Origin: Flectonema sp. DT1601
Taxonomy: Eukaryota
Reading direction: 5' to 3'
Assembly (NCBI GenBank): GCA_964019425.1
Contig: OZ025796.1
Coordinates: forward strand, 682,001-746,000
Length of the DNA stretch: 64,000 bases
A model generated the notes under the pieces. It made no database searches and was not told the origin of the DNA. It was given only the letters and a program-made list of their open reading frames with translations. Shown piece by piece: positions 44,621 to 58,036 of this stretch. A program made the position numbers and the translations under genes. How positions within the stretch are numbered: the stretch's first letter is position 1; each line of letters starts with the position of its first letter.

Positions 44621-46519
44621 ATGAATCTGTGTTATACCAACTCGGGACTTCAGCACTTGTCGTTGTTTGACTGCTTGGAGAACGATTTTATGATCAGTGA
44701 CAGGGGGTGGAGCGGAAACAGATCAAAGTGGTGTCAGCTCAGCGAGGTAAACGCTACGGGAGTCACAAGCAAATGTTTCCCAAAAGAATGCTCTCAGTGG
44801 GATATTGCATCGTGGTACTGGTTTCGGAATGGGAATCAAACTACATATGAAAGTGTGGCAATTCGGTGCTCTGATGCTGGTGGGATGGAGTGGACAGCAG
44901 TGGCAGGGATGACGTTTTTTGTGATGTTCGTTTTGATCTGCTTACCAATCATCGCTACGGTTTATCTCCATTACTTCACAGCTACTAAATCGCCTTCCGA
45001 GTACAATATCATCTCACAACTGCTTTGTTGTTGGGACCTGCGAGTTTCGTTCACCGACTTGTGTGAAGTCCGCGGGGGCAGCGGTACTATCTTTCTGGAT
45101 GCTTTTAGGGTCTTTAGCATGGCCTGGATTATTATGGGACACAATTACTCATTCTCACTGTTGGCTTACACCAATAGAGGATATGCACTCGCACAACTTG
45201 CAAGTCGTTATAATATTATAGCTGATAACAACACTTCAAACCTCGCTGTGGCCACTTTTTTCTGGATTGGTGGATACCTAGGTACCACTAGTATGCTGCG
45301 CCGACTTTCATCAAAAACTTCACCCTCTGGCCTTTTGGAACATGCAAAATTCTTCACCAAAGGGTACTTTAACCGTTATCTTCGCACTGTACCAATGCTT
45401 TTAAACTGTATTGTGTTTGCTTGGGTAATCATTCCGAGACTTGGATCAGGATTGAACTGGGGTCAGTATTTTCATTATCTCTCCCCGGACCACTATGACT
45501 GTGAGAAAAATTGGTGGAGGGATTTGCTTTTCATAAACACATACTGGATGGGGTTTTGCCTTCCTTGGGCTTGGTACATAACAACTGATTTTCATTTCGC
45601 TTTGCTGTTGCCAATATTGGTCGTTCCCTTTGTCTATGTGTCTCGGAAAGCTGGATTTTCTACTTCAATCGTGTGTATGATAGCCGCATTACTAAACACC
45701 GCATATTTTGAGAGCTACGTAAAAGCGAATTCACGGGCTTCGTCATTTATATGGGGGTTGATATTGGCATCAGTAGTTGATTTCTTGAAAGAAAAGGAGG
45801 TGAACGAATCTAAACTGAAGGGCTGCCAAGTCGTAGTGGCAAACAAAGAGGTTGATGAGACCTTGGATAATAGCGAGATTCCTGTAGTGACTGATGCATC
45901 GATATTTGATGTATTTTCGGTGAAATTATTTAACAACATGGTTGTGCGAATGACTTGCTACGTCCTTAGTGGGATTCTTCTGTGGTATGTGATAGTATCA
46001 CATCACCTAGTTGGTCGTCCGGGGGAAGGTGGGTTTTCAGCTGAACGAATCAGAGTTCATCTTGTAATGAGAGAACTGCTCTGGGGATTAGCTTTAAATC
46101 TTCTAGGGATACCATTCATTCTCGGTCATGGTGGGATTATACGAAGAGCTTTGTCGCATCCATTTTGGTGTATTGCGGGAAAACTTACATTTGGTGCTTA
46201 TCTGTCTCACCCTGTTATTCTCGTTGTTTGTATTGCTCTGTCTCCAGAAGTAGTTTACTCAAAGTCGTTTTCATATATTGAGTGGTGGGGTGTTTGCGTT
46301 GCTTCCTACACGGCAGCTGTCTTCCTCTGGCATATCATCGAGCGCCCAGCTTCAGCAATTGTCACTTTGATTGGTCGTAGCATAACATTCAAAGTCGGGG
46401 TTCTAATCGCTGCGTCTGGAATATTGTTGTTGTTGGTTTTTGGGCTGGTGGTGAGTCCCCATGTTGGTGACATTGACCCCCTTAAGTCTCCTATTTATCA
46501 TTATGAAGATTCTGCCTAA
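44621..46519 (+). CDS. Acyltransferase-3 family membrane protein (NRF-6/O-acyltransferase-like)
   Basis: LDAFRVFSMAWIIMGH, AVATFFWIGG, RYLR, CLPWAWYITTDFHF, KLTFGAYLSHP, IERP; many hydrophobic segments. The start is uncertain. Confidence 0.85.
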   Translation: MNLCYTNSGLQHLSLFDCLENDFMISDRGWSGNRSKWCQLSEVNATGVTSKCFPKECSQWDIASWYWFRNGNQTTYESVAIRCSDAGGMEWTAVAGMTFFVMFVLICLPIIATVYLHYFTATKSPSEYNIISQLLCCWDLRVSFTDLCEVRGGSGTIFLDAFRVFSMAWIIMGHNYSFSLLAYTNRGYALAQLASRYNIIADNNTSNLAVATFFWIGGYLGTTSMLRRLSSKTSPSGLLEHAKFFTKGYFNRYLRTVPMLLNCIVFAWVIIPRLGSGLNWGQYFHYLSPDHYDCEKNWWRDLLFINTYWMGFCLPWAWYITTDFHFALLLPILVVPFVYVSRKAGFSTSIVCMIAALLNTAYFESYVKANSRASSFIWGLILASVVDFLKEKEVNESKLKGCQVVVANKEVDETLDNSEIPVVTDASIFDVFSVKLFNNMVVRMTCYVLSGILLWYVIVSHHLVGRPGEGGFSAERIRVHLVMRELLWGLALNLLGIPFILGHGGIIRRALSHPFWCIAGKLTFGAYLSHPVILVVCIALSPEVVYSKSFSYIEWWGVCVASYTAAVFLWHIIERPASAIVTLIGRSITFKVGVLIAASGILLLLVFGLVVSPHVGDIDPLKSPIYHYEDSA

Positions 46520-47119
46520 AAGCATGGATGACAATATGACTCTATTACTTTACTGCTGGTTACTAAACAAAATATGTCAATTTGTACCACTATTTAATTG
46601 CTGTTTCGTTTTCCTCTCCATTTGCTTTGGGACACTTGCAAGAAGGTGCTTGTTCTTCTGTGTCGACGCATTCCTTTCTATATTTAGTGAAATCGAGCTT
46701 TTTTTCTTCACTGCTCTCTTTCGCTCTCTCCGCATGAATATGCATTTCCTTGCCTTTCCAGGTGATGATTGATAGATGTTTGTATCCGTGCAATCCCGCT
46801 CATTTTTTCTTTGTTTATTCAGGTGATGTACAAGTCGGGTTTTCGTATCACTGGTGTCATCGCATATAAAGAGACCGACTGGATGACGGAAAAGGGAGTA
46901 CTGGATGTATTTTTTATGTTGGTAAAAACCATGGGCAAAGTAGTTGAAGACCTTGTCGCTTATCGATACAGGTGTGCTCCGACAAGGTTTTCTCGGTACA
47001 AGCTTTTCGTCAGGTTGCTGCGACGTGGGCATGGAATTTGGACGGATCTTGCTGGGGAAGAAAGAGTCATCCTTCTAATTGGCGTTGTTTGGGCAGCTTA
47101 AGTGCATTTAAACGTGCCT

Positions 47120-47475
47120 TTAAGCGGCACCAACACTATTAATAACACCATCAGCCACCTTCTCCACAATCCTGATCGCCTCTGTCAGGGTTTGGGGCAG
47201 GTGACTTATTGCCCCTCTCTTGATTGAGTGTGCGGTGTGCTGCTTCATCTTCTTGTCCTTCTGGGATTCCTTCACCAATTTTGAAGTATCCCACGGCAGT
47301 TCTTCGAAATTGCCCACTATTCCCGGCAGTATTTTGATCTCTTCCTGGGCTTGGGGGCTATGGACCTTTTCTTGAGCTGAACGGCTAAAACCTGCTGACC
47401 TGAACTTGAGGAAGATAGCTAGAAAGATCACCGGCTGCGGCTTCAACACAAGGTCCCTTCCGTTGCTGTGGGAGG
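47120..47475. pseudogene. Mosaic of a YR fragment (minus strand) and a LINE-B fragment (plus strand, 47386-47475)
   Basis: HTAHSIKRGAISHL matches the element 2 YR; gaggaagatagctagaaagatcaccggctgcggcttcaacac matches LINE-B. Confidence 0.75.
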
Positions 47476-47763
47476 TAATTAGCCTTCCTATACTGTATGC
47501 ACCTGGGAAAGAGAAGTATACTTAATTGAATGAACATGCAGTTAACAAGTCTGAGATCGCTTAGAAGAATCTACACTGTGCAGATTACTTCTGCGTAGGG
47601 GTTGTGCCGGGCCGTTTCGATTCGACGGGACACCGGCGGGGGAAGGGTGGGACTTAATTTAAATATAAGTTTTCTTGTGATGAAGACACGGGGTGTGAGA
47701 ACTGATAAAGGGACAGAAATATTTGATATCGTCAGAAAACTAATAGAGACATTGACTTATATA
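47476..47763 (-). repeat. Inverted copies of the YR element 2 terminal repeats: B (47476-47637) and A (47652-47763)
   Basis: Reverse complements of 57676-57838 and 58061-58172. Confidence 0.85.
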
Positions 47764-48153
47764 CTGTAAAGGGAAATATTCTTGTGGGGAAAAACCCGCG
47801 AGTTTTTATTATTTTTTCTAAATCCGCGAGAATATTTCCCCCCGGGAATATTTCCCTGCAAGCATACTTTTTTTCCAGCCATTTTTTTTGTTCTTTTTTG
47901 TGAAAATATGTGTGCTACGAAGGAAAGTTTCAGCAAGAATTATTCTTGTTGTGCAGTATGGTAGTTTTTTATTGTGTTTGCTCGATAAATAATGCTTTGT
48001 TCCACCTGGCACTCGATGGAAGCACAAAGGTTTCTTAGATTCTTGATCAACTGACTGACTTTCGCAAAAATCCTCGGGGAAATATTCTCGCGGATTTGGA
48101 GATTTTTTTTCAAACTCGCGGGTTTTTCACCACAAGAATATTTCCCTTTACAG
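47764..48153. mobile_element. MITE, 390 bp, TA target duplication (Tc1/mariner-type signature)
   Basis: About 42-bp TIR CTGTAAAGGGAAATATTCTTGTGG(g/t)GAAAAACCCGCGAGTTT plus inner inverted AAATCCGCGAGAATATTTCCCC; TA on both sides. Confidence 0.9.
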
Positions 48154-48166
48154 TAAATAAAAAGAA

Positions 48167-48560
48167 ACCATGTACCAGAGCCTCTGTCCTTCTCGAACTC
48201 ATTACTGCTGCCCACCTTTTGACATCCCGGTGGCTGCAGATGGGTCACCTACTGGGTTGCTTCATCTTCTTCCGTCTTTGGTGCTTGAGGTGCTGCCCCC
48301 CCTACTGGCCCTTGCTGAGTTGTGGTAGACCTCTTCTTCAGACCCTCTAATTCCTGCATGATACTTTGTATTACGGCTGCCTGTTGTTCCTGATGGACCT
48401 GCTGTTGTTGATTGATACTTTGGAACAATGCTGTATTCTGGTTCTGCTCTTGTACTGATCTTGTTGTTGCTGTGTGAGCTGCTGGATGATGTTATGTCAC
48501 CAACCTATCCGACCCTTGGATATCCGCTCGCTCATCCGGCGGCGCTCTGGTTGGTGTCTT
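48167..48560 (-). pseudogene. Degenerate gag-like fragment related to YR element 2
   Basis: Similar to 54337-54420 and to 53018-53073. Confidence 0.65.
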
Positions 48561-48739
48561 GGCTGCGTCGCTTGAGATCCCAAGAGGGAGGGGAATTTAA
48601 AACCCGTACGAGCAGGAGCGAAGGGCCTTTGTTGGCACAACACTACTGACGCACACGGTCTGATCTGAGTAGCTGCACTGTTGCTAATGAAGTTCCATGA
48701 TCTGGTCGATGTTATTTATATTTTTGTCATTCTCTTTAC

Positions 48740-49055
48740 TTGGGCTCTGCGGGTGCCCTCAGGGAAATAAGGAGATGATTAAGGATAAGGGAGCGGTTAG
48801 GGCGTGAAGATTTCTCGTCGCAAACATTATTGGAAGATTTGGTTTGGTCTCGGAGATTCTCGCTTCCTGAATGTTTGATCTAAGGCGGGCCACATCGCCA
48901 TCCTCGCAATCAAATATTAGATGTTTGGCAGAAGAGTCTGTTCTTTTGCAGCAGGCACTTTATCGGTAGTTCATTTAAGAGAGGGCCCATTCTGAACCTG
49001 GCTATCCTTATCTCTGGTTCTCTCAGCATGTCCTTGGGGTATCGAGCCGCTCCCA
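48740..49055 (-). pseudogene. Degenerate LINE-B 3' fragment
   Basis: AARYPKDMLREPEIRIARFR...NELPIKC. Confidence 0.8.
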
Positions 49056-49325
49056 GGACTTGGGAACAGCTTGGGCCTCTGAGGTCGAGAAGGGCCTGCA
49101 AGGGGATCGGAAAATGCCTGAGGGGAAACCGTAGGTATTCGAAGTTCATCCAAGCGTGAATCTGTAGGAAAGAAGTGCTGGTGAAGTGATTCTAACGGGG
49201 CAGACGGGGTGTGGAGTCCAGTAGCCTCTCCCTTAAGTTCCTGTAATTTCTTATAGGTCCAAGGGAACCCTCTCTTGCCACTTTGTAATAAAATATTTTC
49301 GGCATTGAGATTTGAGTGTTGATGG

Positions 49326-52300
49326 ACATGGAAATGGAAGTGGCATTGTGCCGATTGGAATTATTATAAAATATTGTTGGAAAGGGCAGCGCCCAAATTA
49401 GAAAGAATTAAGAATGTGCAGAAACTTGCTAATAGGATCAACAACGAGATTCTGAGAGCAGCGAGTAGGCCCATCCCAGGCTACAACAAAAAGTCAAGTA
49501 GTACCTTCGCTGTGAGGGATTCAGAATTGGAAGATTTAATGGCAGGGACTGACCCTGATAAGACAGACTCAGAAGCAATTGAAAGAGGTATCAATATGAT
49601 CAAACAGAAGATCATTGAGTGCGACATGACTGGAATGGACTACCGATGGGCCTTTAGAAAAGTTAAACAACTGGAAGGTAGGATGATGGACCATTCAATT
49701 ACTAAGATTGTCGATGGTGAGAAGGAATTAACCGACCCGCGGGAGATGGCAGATGTCTTCACCAAAACATACGCAGACCAATTCAAATTCGAAGACAGTG
49801 AACCAACCTTACAAGGAATACCTGATGACAACTCGGTGGAATTTGGAATGCCTGAACTGGAACGACAAATTTCAAAAACAAAGGAGAAGAAGGCACCTGG
49901 ACCTGACCACATCTGGAACTCGATGTTAAAACAACTTCCAAAAGCTTTCCTCGAGCAACTACTAAGACTATTCAACCTCTCATGGCAACGATCAGCAGTA
50001 CCCAGGTGCTGGAAAAGTGGAATAGTAATACCCATACTGAAACCTGATAAAGACAAGAAACAAGTCTTATCGTACAGACCGATAGCACTAACCTCGGCCG
50101 TCTCGAAACTCTTTGAAAGAATGGTCGTAGAACGGATGCACCACCTGTTGAAAGACAGAATGAATCCGAGGCAAGCAGCCTACAAACGAGGACGGGATTC
50201 CATTGAAAATCTCTGTATAGTTACAGGCAAACTCAAAAGTGCCAAGGCAATGGGAGAAGAAGCGATATTAATCACCTTCGACCTACAAAAAGCCTTCGAT
50301 GCAGTTCAACCGGTAACTCTTCTAAATAAGATGTCCAAAATAGGACTACCAACGAAATATCTACGGTGGGTTCAAAACTACTTGACTAGTAGGAAGATTT
50401 CAACAAGGGTGAATGGAGTGAAGGGAGCATTCCGGAACATTCGAGTAGGAGTGCCACAAGGAAGCGTGCTGGGACCCCAGTTATTCTCTATCTTCATAAA
50501 TGATTTGATAGATAAACTAGGGATGTACGAACCGACTGTCTTTGCAGAGTGTTGGGATAGTAATAACCGCAGGCACTGTCAGCTGTTTAGAAAACAAGGT
50601 TAACAACGCAGTCAAAATATTTGAAAGGTGGGCACTTGACTCACACATCAAAATCAATAAGAACCCTGGCAAGACGGAATACATTCACGTGAGGCCAAGT
50701 GGAACACATGACAAGTCCCCAGTAGTAGTATACTCTGAAGACACATTTAAATATGTGGTGGCCACGGCAGAACAAATGAGTAACCTTGTGAAGGATGATA
50801 ACTCAACAACTGTAGTTTCAAAAGAAGAATTCGCCATCACTCACCTGTACGTCGTTCCAAAACATAAGATCAAAGTCAAGCTACCGAATAAACCGGCGGT
50901 ACTGAAAACAATGAAGATGAGTGCCAGCTTCTCACAACTGAAGAAAGTCCACAACAAGGCAGAAATAGATAAGATGCTGGAAAGAGTGGGACCCGGACTA
51001 CACGGATTTGCCTATGCGGTTGGACGAAAAGTTCACAAGACGAATACCGTGCGGTATCTGGGTGTACATTATGACGAGAAGTTAACCTTTAAGTCGCAAA
51101 TTCAAAAGATGATGACAGCTGCTTCCAAGGGTCTAGGCTTGTTGGTTAGACTCACCAGGATAGGCTGCAGAAAGAGGACACTCATTAGTATACTGGTGAC
51201 GGTGGTGTTAGCAAGGGTGCTTTATGGTGTTGAAAGCTTTGCTTGGATGCTACCAAAAGAGTGCTTCGAACAACTGGAATTACTGGTAAACAGGGCAGTG
51301 AGGCTGGTAACTGGATGTCTGCGGAGCACCAAACTACAGAGACTTTACAAAGAAGCCGACACGCCAAGACTGAAGGAACACATCCAGTATAAGATGTGTA
51401 GAACTTACGAACGTTTCAAATTAAGTCCGTTCTTACCGACTCGCAAGCTGACGAGAACAGGGAGTTCAGAATTATACCAAAAATCAAAATGGGGATGGAA
51501 TGTCTGGATAGACTATGTCTCTGGTGTCCCTGGCCTTGACAATTGCCGGAGCATTACCAACCTGGAAGTGAACCCAGAACACTACACTGTCCCTCCATGG
51601 AAAAGTACTAGTGCGATGAGATTCACATATTCAAGTAACAAGGAAGAGGCTGAACAGCGAGAAGCTGAACTACCAACTCACGAGATGAAAGTCTACACTG
51701 ACGGGTCGATAAGACACAAATCCGAGACTTACATGACAGACTCGGCTGCCGCTGTGGTCATAGTAAAAGAAAGCAAGATGCGTCTACTTGGATATAAAAT
51801 ACCAGTGGCGGGTTCCTCTTATAGGACCGAGCAGATTGCAGTAAAACTGGCGTTGGAAAATTTAGTTCAGGTGGCGGAGGGTGAACATGAATCTCTAACA
51901 GCAACGACGCACCTGTTGACTGATTCGATGTCAGTCATGCAGGCATTGGAACAAGGGCCATATAAACAAAGGTCCCCAATGAACAAAAAGATCTGGAAGT
52001 TGGCAATGAAACTGGAGAAGAAGGGAATCCAAGTCAACATGCAGTATGTACCGGCACACAGAAACGTGCGGTACAACGAAGTAGCGGACCAACTGGCGAA
52101 ATTCGCTGCAGGCCTGAATGAAGATCCACCTCACGAAGATGTTATTATTAAACAACTGCCCACTCAACTTGACATGGGAACATTGATGACGTTTCACAAG
52201 CGGAGAAAAAGGGAGAACTGGATCGGGCCGGGAGAGGTAAGACACCCTCCGTACATCGAAGCTCTAACACGACCAGAGGAAGTACTGATGTCACGCTTTA

Positions 52301-52839
52301 GAGTGGGACATTGCAGATCTCTGATAATTAAAGGACTGAACGAGCTGTGCTTTTTCTGTAAACTTGGAAAGGCGACAGCACATCATGTATTATTTATATG
52401 CGAACATTGGTGTATAGAAACCTTGAGAGAAAAATACATCAGTCACATGATGAATGACAAGGGAGAGGAAGCATGCCAACTGGAGGACTGCTACTTACCT
52501 GCGAATCAACAGCAGATGACTGGTTTTGTCACAACCTTAGACAGACTGGCACAATTATTAGGACGGTAGTATTATTAAAACATCGACATTTCGAATATCA
52601 ACATTGAAGGCATCATTGCAGCACATCTGAAGTCGTCCAAGTGGACAAACTATTCTGTAGTATTAGTTTTAAGTTATCAAAACAAAGAAAGGAGATACGA
52701 AGCCTACGGGATTCCCACCCCCAACCCCCAAAACAAAGAAAGTAAGAAAGAAAGAAAGAAAAAGAACAGCCGCGCCTAACAGCGCAATCAGCATCACAGG
52801 CTCACGGGTCGTGGTGCACTCAAAAAAAAAAAAAAAAAA
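49326..52839 (+). mobile_element. LINE-A 5'-truncated copy with a frameshift destroying the FADD motif (near 50548)
   Basis: gcagagtgttgg versus gcagatgatgttgg in the intact copies; poly(A). Confidence 0.93.
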
Positions 52840-53967
52840 CTATCCCTTTATCAGTTCTCACACCCCTGTCTTCATCACAAGAAAACTTATATTTAAATTA
52901 AGTTCCAAGGCACACTGGCCATGTGTCTCGGGATCTCCAATGATGCGGCCAAGACACTTTCGATGAATAAGTGTCTAGTAATACTTGGTGTGTTATCAAG
53001 GGGCCGCCTGCAGTTGGTCAGCCAGAGCGCCGCCCGGATGAGCGAGCGGATATCTAAGGGGGGGTCGGATAGGCTGGTGAAGCACGATGAGGCGGGGGAT
53101 GCGATGGTATCGCTGCAGCAGAGCACAGACACACTGAGAAGTGATACCAAGCAGGGGTTCGACTCGCTGAGAAGCGAAACGCAGACGGCGTTTAGCCAGT
53201 ATCAGGGGGAGAGCCAATCAGTGAGGAGAAGGGTTGGGGAGGCCACTGAAAAAGCCGAGAACATCGGAGGCATGTGGGAGGCCTTCAGAGAAGTGAGTTG
53301 AATTTCCAGGAGATTTGGACTGTTAGCTTTTGGCTAAGGCCCTCCCTGAAGAGCAAGAACAAAAAAACTACTCACACCTGAAGAAAACATACACAAAGAA
53401 CACACTGTAAGCTGTGTGTGTATTTTGTGTTTGTCACAACAGGTGAGAAAAGAAAGAATGTCAAGGTTGGTCACCTTGCCTATCAACGCACAACATTGGT
53501 GGTCTCTACTAGGCCCTGAGTGATCCCACTAGATCTCTCATCGTTCATAGTACCTATGTGAAGTTATAAAATCAAAGGTAAACTATGAACTACAAATGAC
53601 TTAGCCTGTTATTATAATGCCACAGGCAGGCCCTGCATTCAGCAACTATCCAGCAGTGCTTGGATGTCCTGATCTTCTTCTAAAAAAAAGAAAGAAAGAA
53701 AAACAAAACTGTAGCTGGGATCACTCAGGATCAACAGACTACCAATGCTACCTGTTGTACTTGCTCACTATGGGGGGTGATGCCAAACACCCAGAAGTAC
53801 TTAACTGCTTTCCTTCTTGCTGCCCAGGGGTTTCTGACCAGAACTAATAGAAAATAAAAAGTAGATGGGAAACAATAAAAAGTAAAATGGATATAACTGA
53901 AGTTAAACAAGGCAAATGAAGTAACAGACCAGAACAGTAATTGTAGTAAAAGATAACAAATAAACAA

Positions 53968-54795
53968 ATGCAAGTATCAACACATGATTTAATTACACCA
54001 GCAGCTAACAAACAACATAAAACTGAAGATCAGTTGCCAGGGTATTTCAACCATGGTAGAATACTCGCCCCTCCGGCAGGGGTTATCCCAGACTTGTCCT
54101 TTAATTTAGTTGGACACCAACAGACCCAACAACAACAACAACAAGCTAGCGTTATCCAGCAAATCACACAACAGCAGAGAGATCAGCAAAAGCAGAATGC
54201 GGAAGTGATCCAGAAAATCTTACAAGAAATAGCAGATCTGAAGAACGGGTTGACTACGGCTCAACAAGTTCCAGTAGTCGGGGGGGCAGCACAGCAACAA
54301 CCAGCACCGGGGTCGAACGAAGCGATGACACGGGGGGTGACTGATCCGTCTGCAGGCAGGGATGTAACAAAGTGGGCATCCGTTATGAAGTCAGGAAAGA
54401 CCGAGGCACTGATCCATGGGATCAGGGAGCGGTATGTGAACGGTCTGGGGTACAAGGTTGGTGGGGGCCAGCTACTTGGCTTCTTTAGGCAGTTGAAGAA
54501 CTTCGTTCTCGGTTTGGAGTGCGTTGAAGGGTGGGAGGGGAACCCGCACTTTGTGGAGTTGGGGAACGAGCTGTTGGAGCAACTGTGGGTGCAGTATTAC
54601 TTTTGCAAGGATGGTACGAAGAGATCAGAGTTGGAGATGATCTTAGAAGTTGCATCGGGGGACCCTCTGGAGAAAGCAAACGCAATAGCGAAGGGAAATA
54701 GAAATGCGAAGATGCAACAACCGAAACGGAAGGGGGGGAGATCGTTTGTCTCTACGTATCCATCGTCGGGAAACGGGAGAGGGTTCGCGAAGTGA
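53968..54795 (+). CDS. Gag-like ORF of YR element 2
   Basis: Position upstream of YR; Q-rich; a homologous relic lies at 48167-48560. Confidence 0.65.
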   Translation: MQVSTHDLITPAANKQHKTEDQLPGYFNHGRILAPPAGVIPDLSFNLVGHQQTQQQQQQASVIQQITQQQRDQQKQNAEVIQKILQEIADLKNGLTTAQQVPVVGGAAQQQPAPGSNEAMTRGVTDPSAGRDVTKWASVMKSGKTEALIHGIRERYVNGLGYKVGGGQLLGFFRQLKNFVLGLECVEGWEGNPHFVELGNELLEQLWVQYYFCKDGTKRSELEMILEVASGDPLEKANAIAKGNRNAKMQQPKRKGGRSFVSTYPSSGNGRGFAK

Positions 54796-57631
54796 CCAGC
54801 CGACCGGACCCTGCAAGTAACAACAAAACCAACGTTCCTAAAACGAAGGTTAGACACGCAGGTATTGGAAACATCCCCATTGCCAAAGTTAAAGTTGAGA
54901 AAGCCTGCAAGACTTATGCAGAAGCACTCAAGACAGGTGTTGAGGAGCAGCCGACTAAAAGCAAGGTTAGGAGGATCTGTAAGTTTAATCGTTCAAGACC
55001 CGGACAACATTGTAAAATCCGCAGTCCGAGGATTCCCCAGCGGAAGGGAGATGAAAATAAGCCCAGTTGGAACAGAAGAGATCGCAGATTCAACGGAAAC
55101 AATGCCCTCAGAAGGATTAGAAGGAAATGTGGTTGGGAAGATCCTGTTGGACATGATGGAGGGATGCCCAGAGGGGACGAAGAGGCGGCATGCCGAGGAT
55201 TCCGTCACATACATGGAGGCGACAGAAAAGCTTCAAGAAACACTGGAGAAGATGTGGGCCTCAAAGACAACAGCAAGCAGGCGGAATCTGTGGAGAAGAT
55301 TTCGGGCCTGGGCAAGGGAAAAGGAGAAACCAGCAAACGCAAGCTCGGCTGTTCTGTTCGTGATGGCGACAGGTGTGGCAGTGTAAGGGCTTCTCTCTTA
55401 TGCAAAGGGTCTGTCTGCAGTGATGGGGAGGATCGGAATAGAAAACGGACCGCTGTTGAGCTTGGCTGCAGCACTGGGGGCGAACGGGGCGGCAATACCG
55501 CTGGAACAGGCAACGCCAATGACAAGTTTCGACCTGGTGGATTGGGCAAGGGGGCAAGACTTAAAGACCCACTTGGCAATGCTAGTGTGCTGGAAGACTG
55601 CATCAAGATGGGGCGAGACCGCAGCGCTCTCAAGGGACCAGTTCATCTCTGTAAGTCCGTCAGAGATCATTATAGATTGGTTCCGCACGCCGAAGGGAAG
55701 GAGGGCAAACCCTTACTCGCCAAGCAGATGGACGGTGATAAAGGGGAATCACACAGAAGAGATAAAGATCTTGCTGGATGCGATGGGGGAGTTCAAAAAA
55801 CTACACCCGTGGGGCATGTCAAAATTAGTGAAAACGTTCCAGCAGGACGGCAGGATGAAAAGATACACCGCCCACTCAATAAAAAGAGGCGCGATAAGTC
55901 ATCTGTTGGAGGTTCTGGCATCGGACCAAGAGCAGCAAGGACTCACAGAAGGGCTGATAAGCAGGCTGGCCAAGCATGCAGGAGTGTCGGCCCTTTCAGA
56001 CACCACGCTGAGGTACGGGGGAAACCCAATTGCAATGGCGAGGGCGTTAAAGACAGGGGATGTCACCTGTTTCCTGTAGTTGATAGATCAAAGAATGCGA
56101 GTGAACGGGATGTGATGCGGAGCGTGGCAGCGCAGTTCACGCACAGAACAAAGAGCACGCGCATCCCCATAACGAAGGAGGAGATATCTTCACCACTACA
56201 TGTGGCCCCTACACCTAAGATAGATGTTTCAGCTGTAAGGGGGAGGATGTTGCCATCGGTCCTGAAGAGGTTTGATTATGTTTGGAACCTCACCTTCTTT
56301 CCTAGGGATTCTTCTGTCAATGCACGGCTCTCGAAGAGGGCAACTTCGAAGTTGGCAGAGAAACATGCAAGAGAATTGGTTGAGTGTGGTATTGCAGTGC
56401 CGAGTGATTCTGTACCGCTGTCTCGGAATGTACCATTTACAGTGTATGAGGAGAGGGAGACGGGGAACAGACAGCGGTTCATCCTCTGGACAAAAGAGCA
56501 GAACGAACTGATCTCGTCTGGGGGATATGAACCATTCGTTCCACTGCAGCACATTTCTTGTTACCTGGGTGCTGTACATTCGGAGGTGGCATCCTGCAGG
56601 GACTTCAAGACTGGATTCTACCAGGTCTGCATACCTGAGGGGTCAACTTCACTCTTCAGTTTCTCTGATTCGGCTGGGAAGGTTTATTCTTTGACTCAAC
56701 TTCCGATGGGTCATGTGTGTGCCCAGGGTTGATGAACACCATCGCTGCAGTAGTTGCTGGTGACCCGCTGTTCGTTAAGAAAGAATTTGCGGAGGAGGAA
56801 GTTGGGATTCACTGGTGGATCGATAACATTAGGTTATTTGGTCCCAAGGAGAAGGTTAAATGCACAGCTGAGAGGATGGACTCCTTTGCCAGAATGGCAA
56901 ACATCACATGGAAACCAAGTGATACTGTGGATCTCTCCCCGGAGTATGAGCTCTTGGGGGTCACCTTTGATCACCATACGGGGACCAAGATTGGGAGAAA
57001 AATCAAGAACACCAACCTTGATTCATTGACTGCATCGGAGTTGGGGTCCTTAGGAGGTCGCCTGTTGCATGCCAGCTCCATTGTTGGAGTTCCACCTGGG
57101 AAGTACTGGTTTAGCTTGAAGTATCTTCGCAGGGTCACAAATTACTTGAACAAGGGGACCCTACAAGTACAGCAGGTACTAAAATTGCCCCGTTCAGTAA
57201 GGAGGGAATTAGAAATGTGGATCGGTGCTGTGCAGAAGGAGAGAATAATTATGCCTGGGCAGAAAGAGGGGAGGACTGCCGAAGTGTTTGTAGATGCCTC
57301 ATTGCAGGGATGGGGAGGTGCGGCATGGCCTGCTGGTGAAGACCGACATATAAATATCCTTGAAGCGGACGCTCTTGGACAGACACTCAAAGGAATTGCA
57401 AAGGCCGACCACCTTTTGACCATCTGGGTTGACAACACTACAGTTTGTGGTGCTTTTAGGAAGAAGATGTGTGTTCGCTCACACAGTCTCAACAGGTGTT
57501 TGATAACTGCGATTGAATGCCTTTTAGTTTTGAAATGTTCCCTACACCCTTGCCTGGGTAAGCTCGAAGCTAAACCCAGCAGACATTCCTTCTCGAGAGG
57601 AGGTCTCACACGGAACGAGAGCGAAGGTTGA
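54792..57631 (+). pseudogene. RT-RNase H of YR element 2, frameshifted near 56725
   Basis: PFTV..RQRFILW, DFKTGFYQV, LPMGH, WIDN, FVDASLQGWG, HINILEA, WVDNTT. Confidence 0.85.
54796..56079 (+). pseudogene. Tyrosine recombinase with an in-frame TAA at 55384-55386
   Basis: ASRWGE, TPKG, AHSIKRGA, AKHAG, LRYG. Confidence 0.85.
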
Positions 57632-57965
57632 ACAAGCGTTGGGGTCGTTCTTTAACTCGCGTGGTGGTGGTGGTGCCGGTGCCCCGTCGAATCGAAACGG
57701 CCCGGTACAACCCCTACGCAGAAGTAATCTGCACCACAGTGTAGATTCTTCTTTGTGATCTCAGGCTTGTTAACTGCATGTTCATTCAATTAAGTATACT
57801 TCTCTTTCCCAGGTGCATACAGTATAGGAAGACTAATTATTGAAATCCACAGCAGGGAATACTACCTTGCTGCTGGTTTCGTCAATGCTTCCCAGGGTGA
57901 TTACTGAGAAGTCATCAAAATTCCATTTAGGTAATTTGCCACCGAAACTGAGCACCAAACAAAAA

Positions 57966-58036
57966 CCGCCGTCAGCAGGTTTTGAACCCTCGACCGTTCT
58001 TTCAGGCCGGCGTTCTATCAATTGAGCTATGTAGCC
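57966..58036 (-). pseudogene. Degenerate tRNA-like sequence (Phe-like, CTGAAA loop)
   Basis: TAGCTCAATTGATAGAAC A-box/D arm, GGTTCAAAACC B-box, followed by TTTTT; stems imperfect. Confidence 0.55.
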
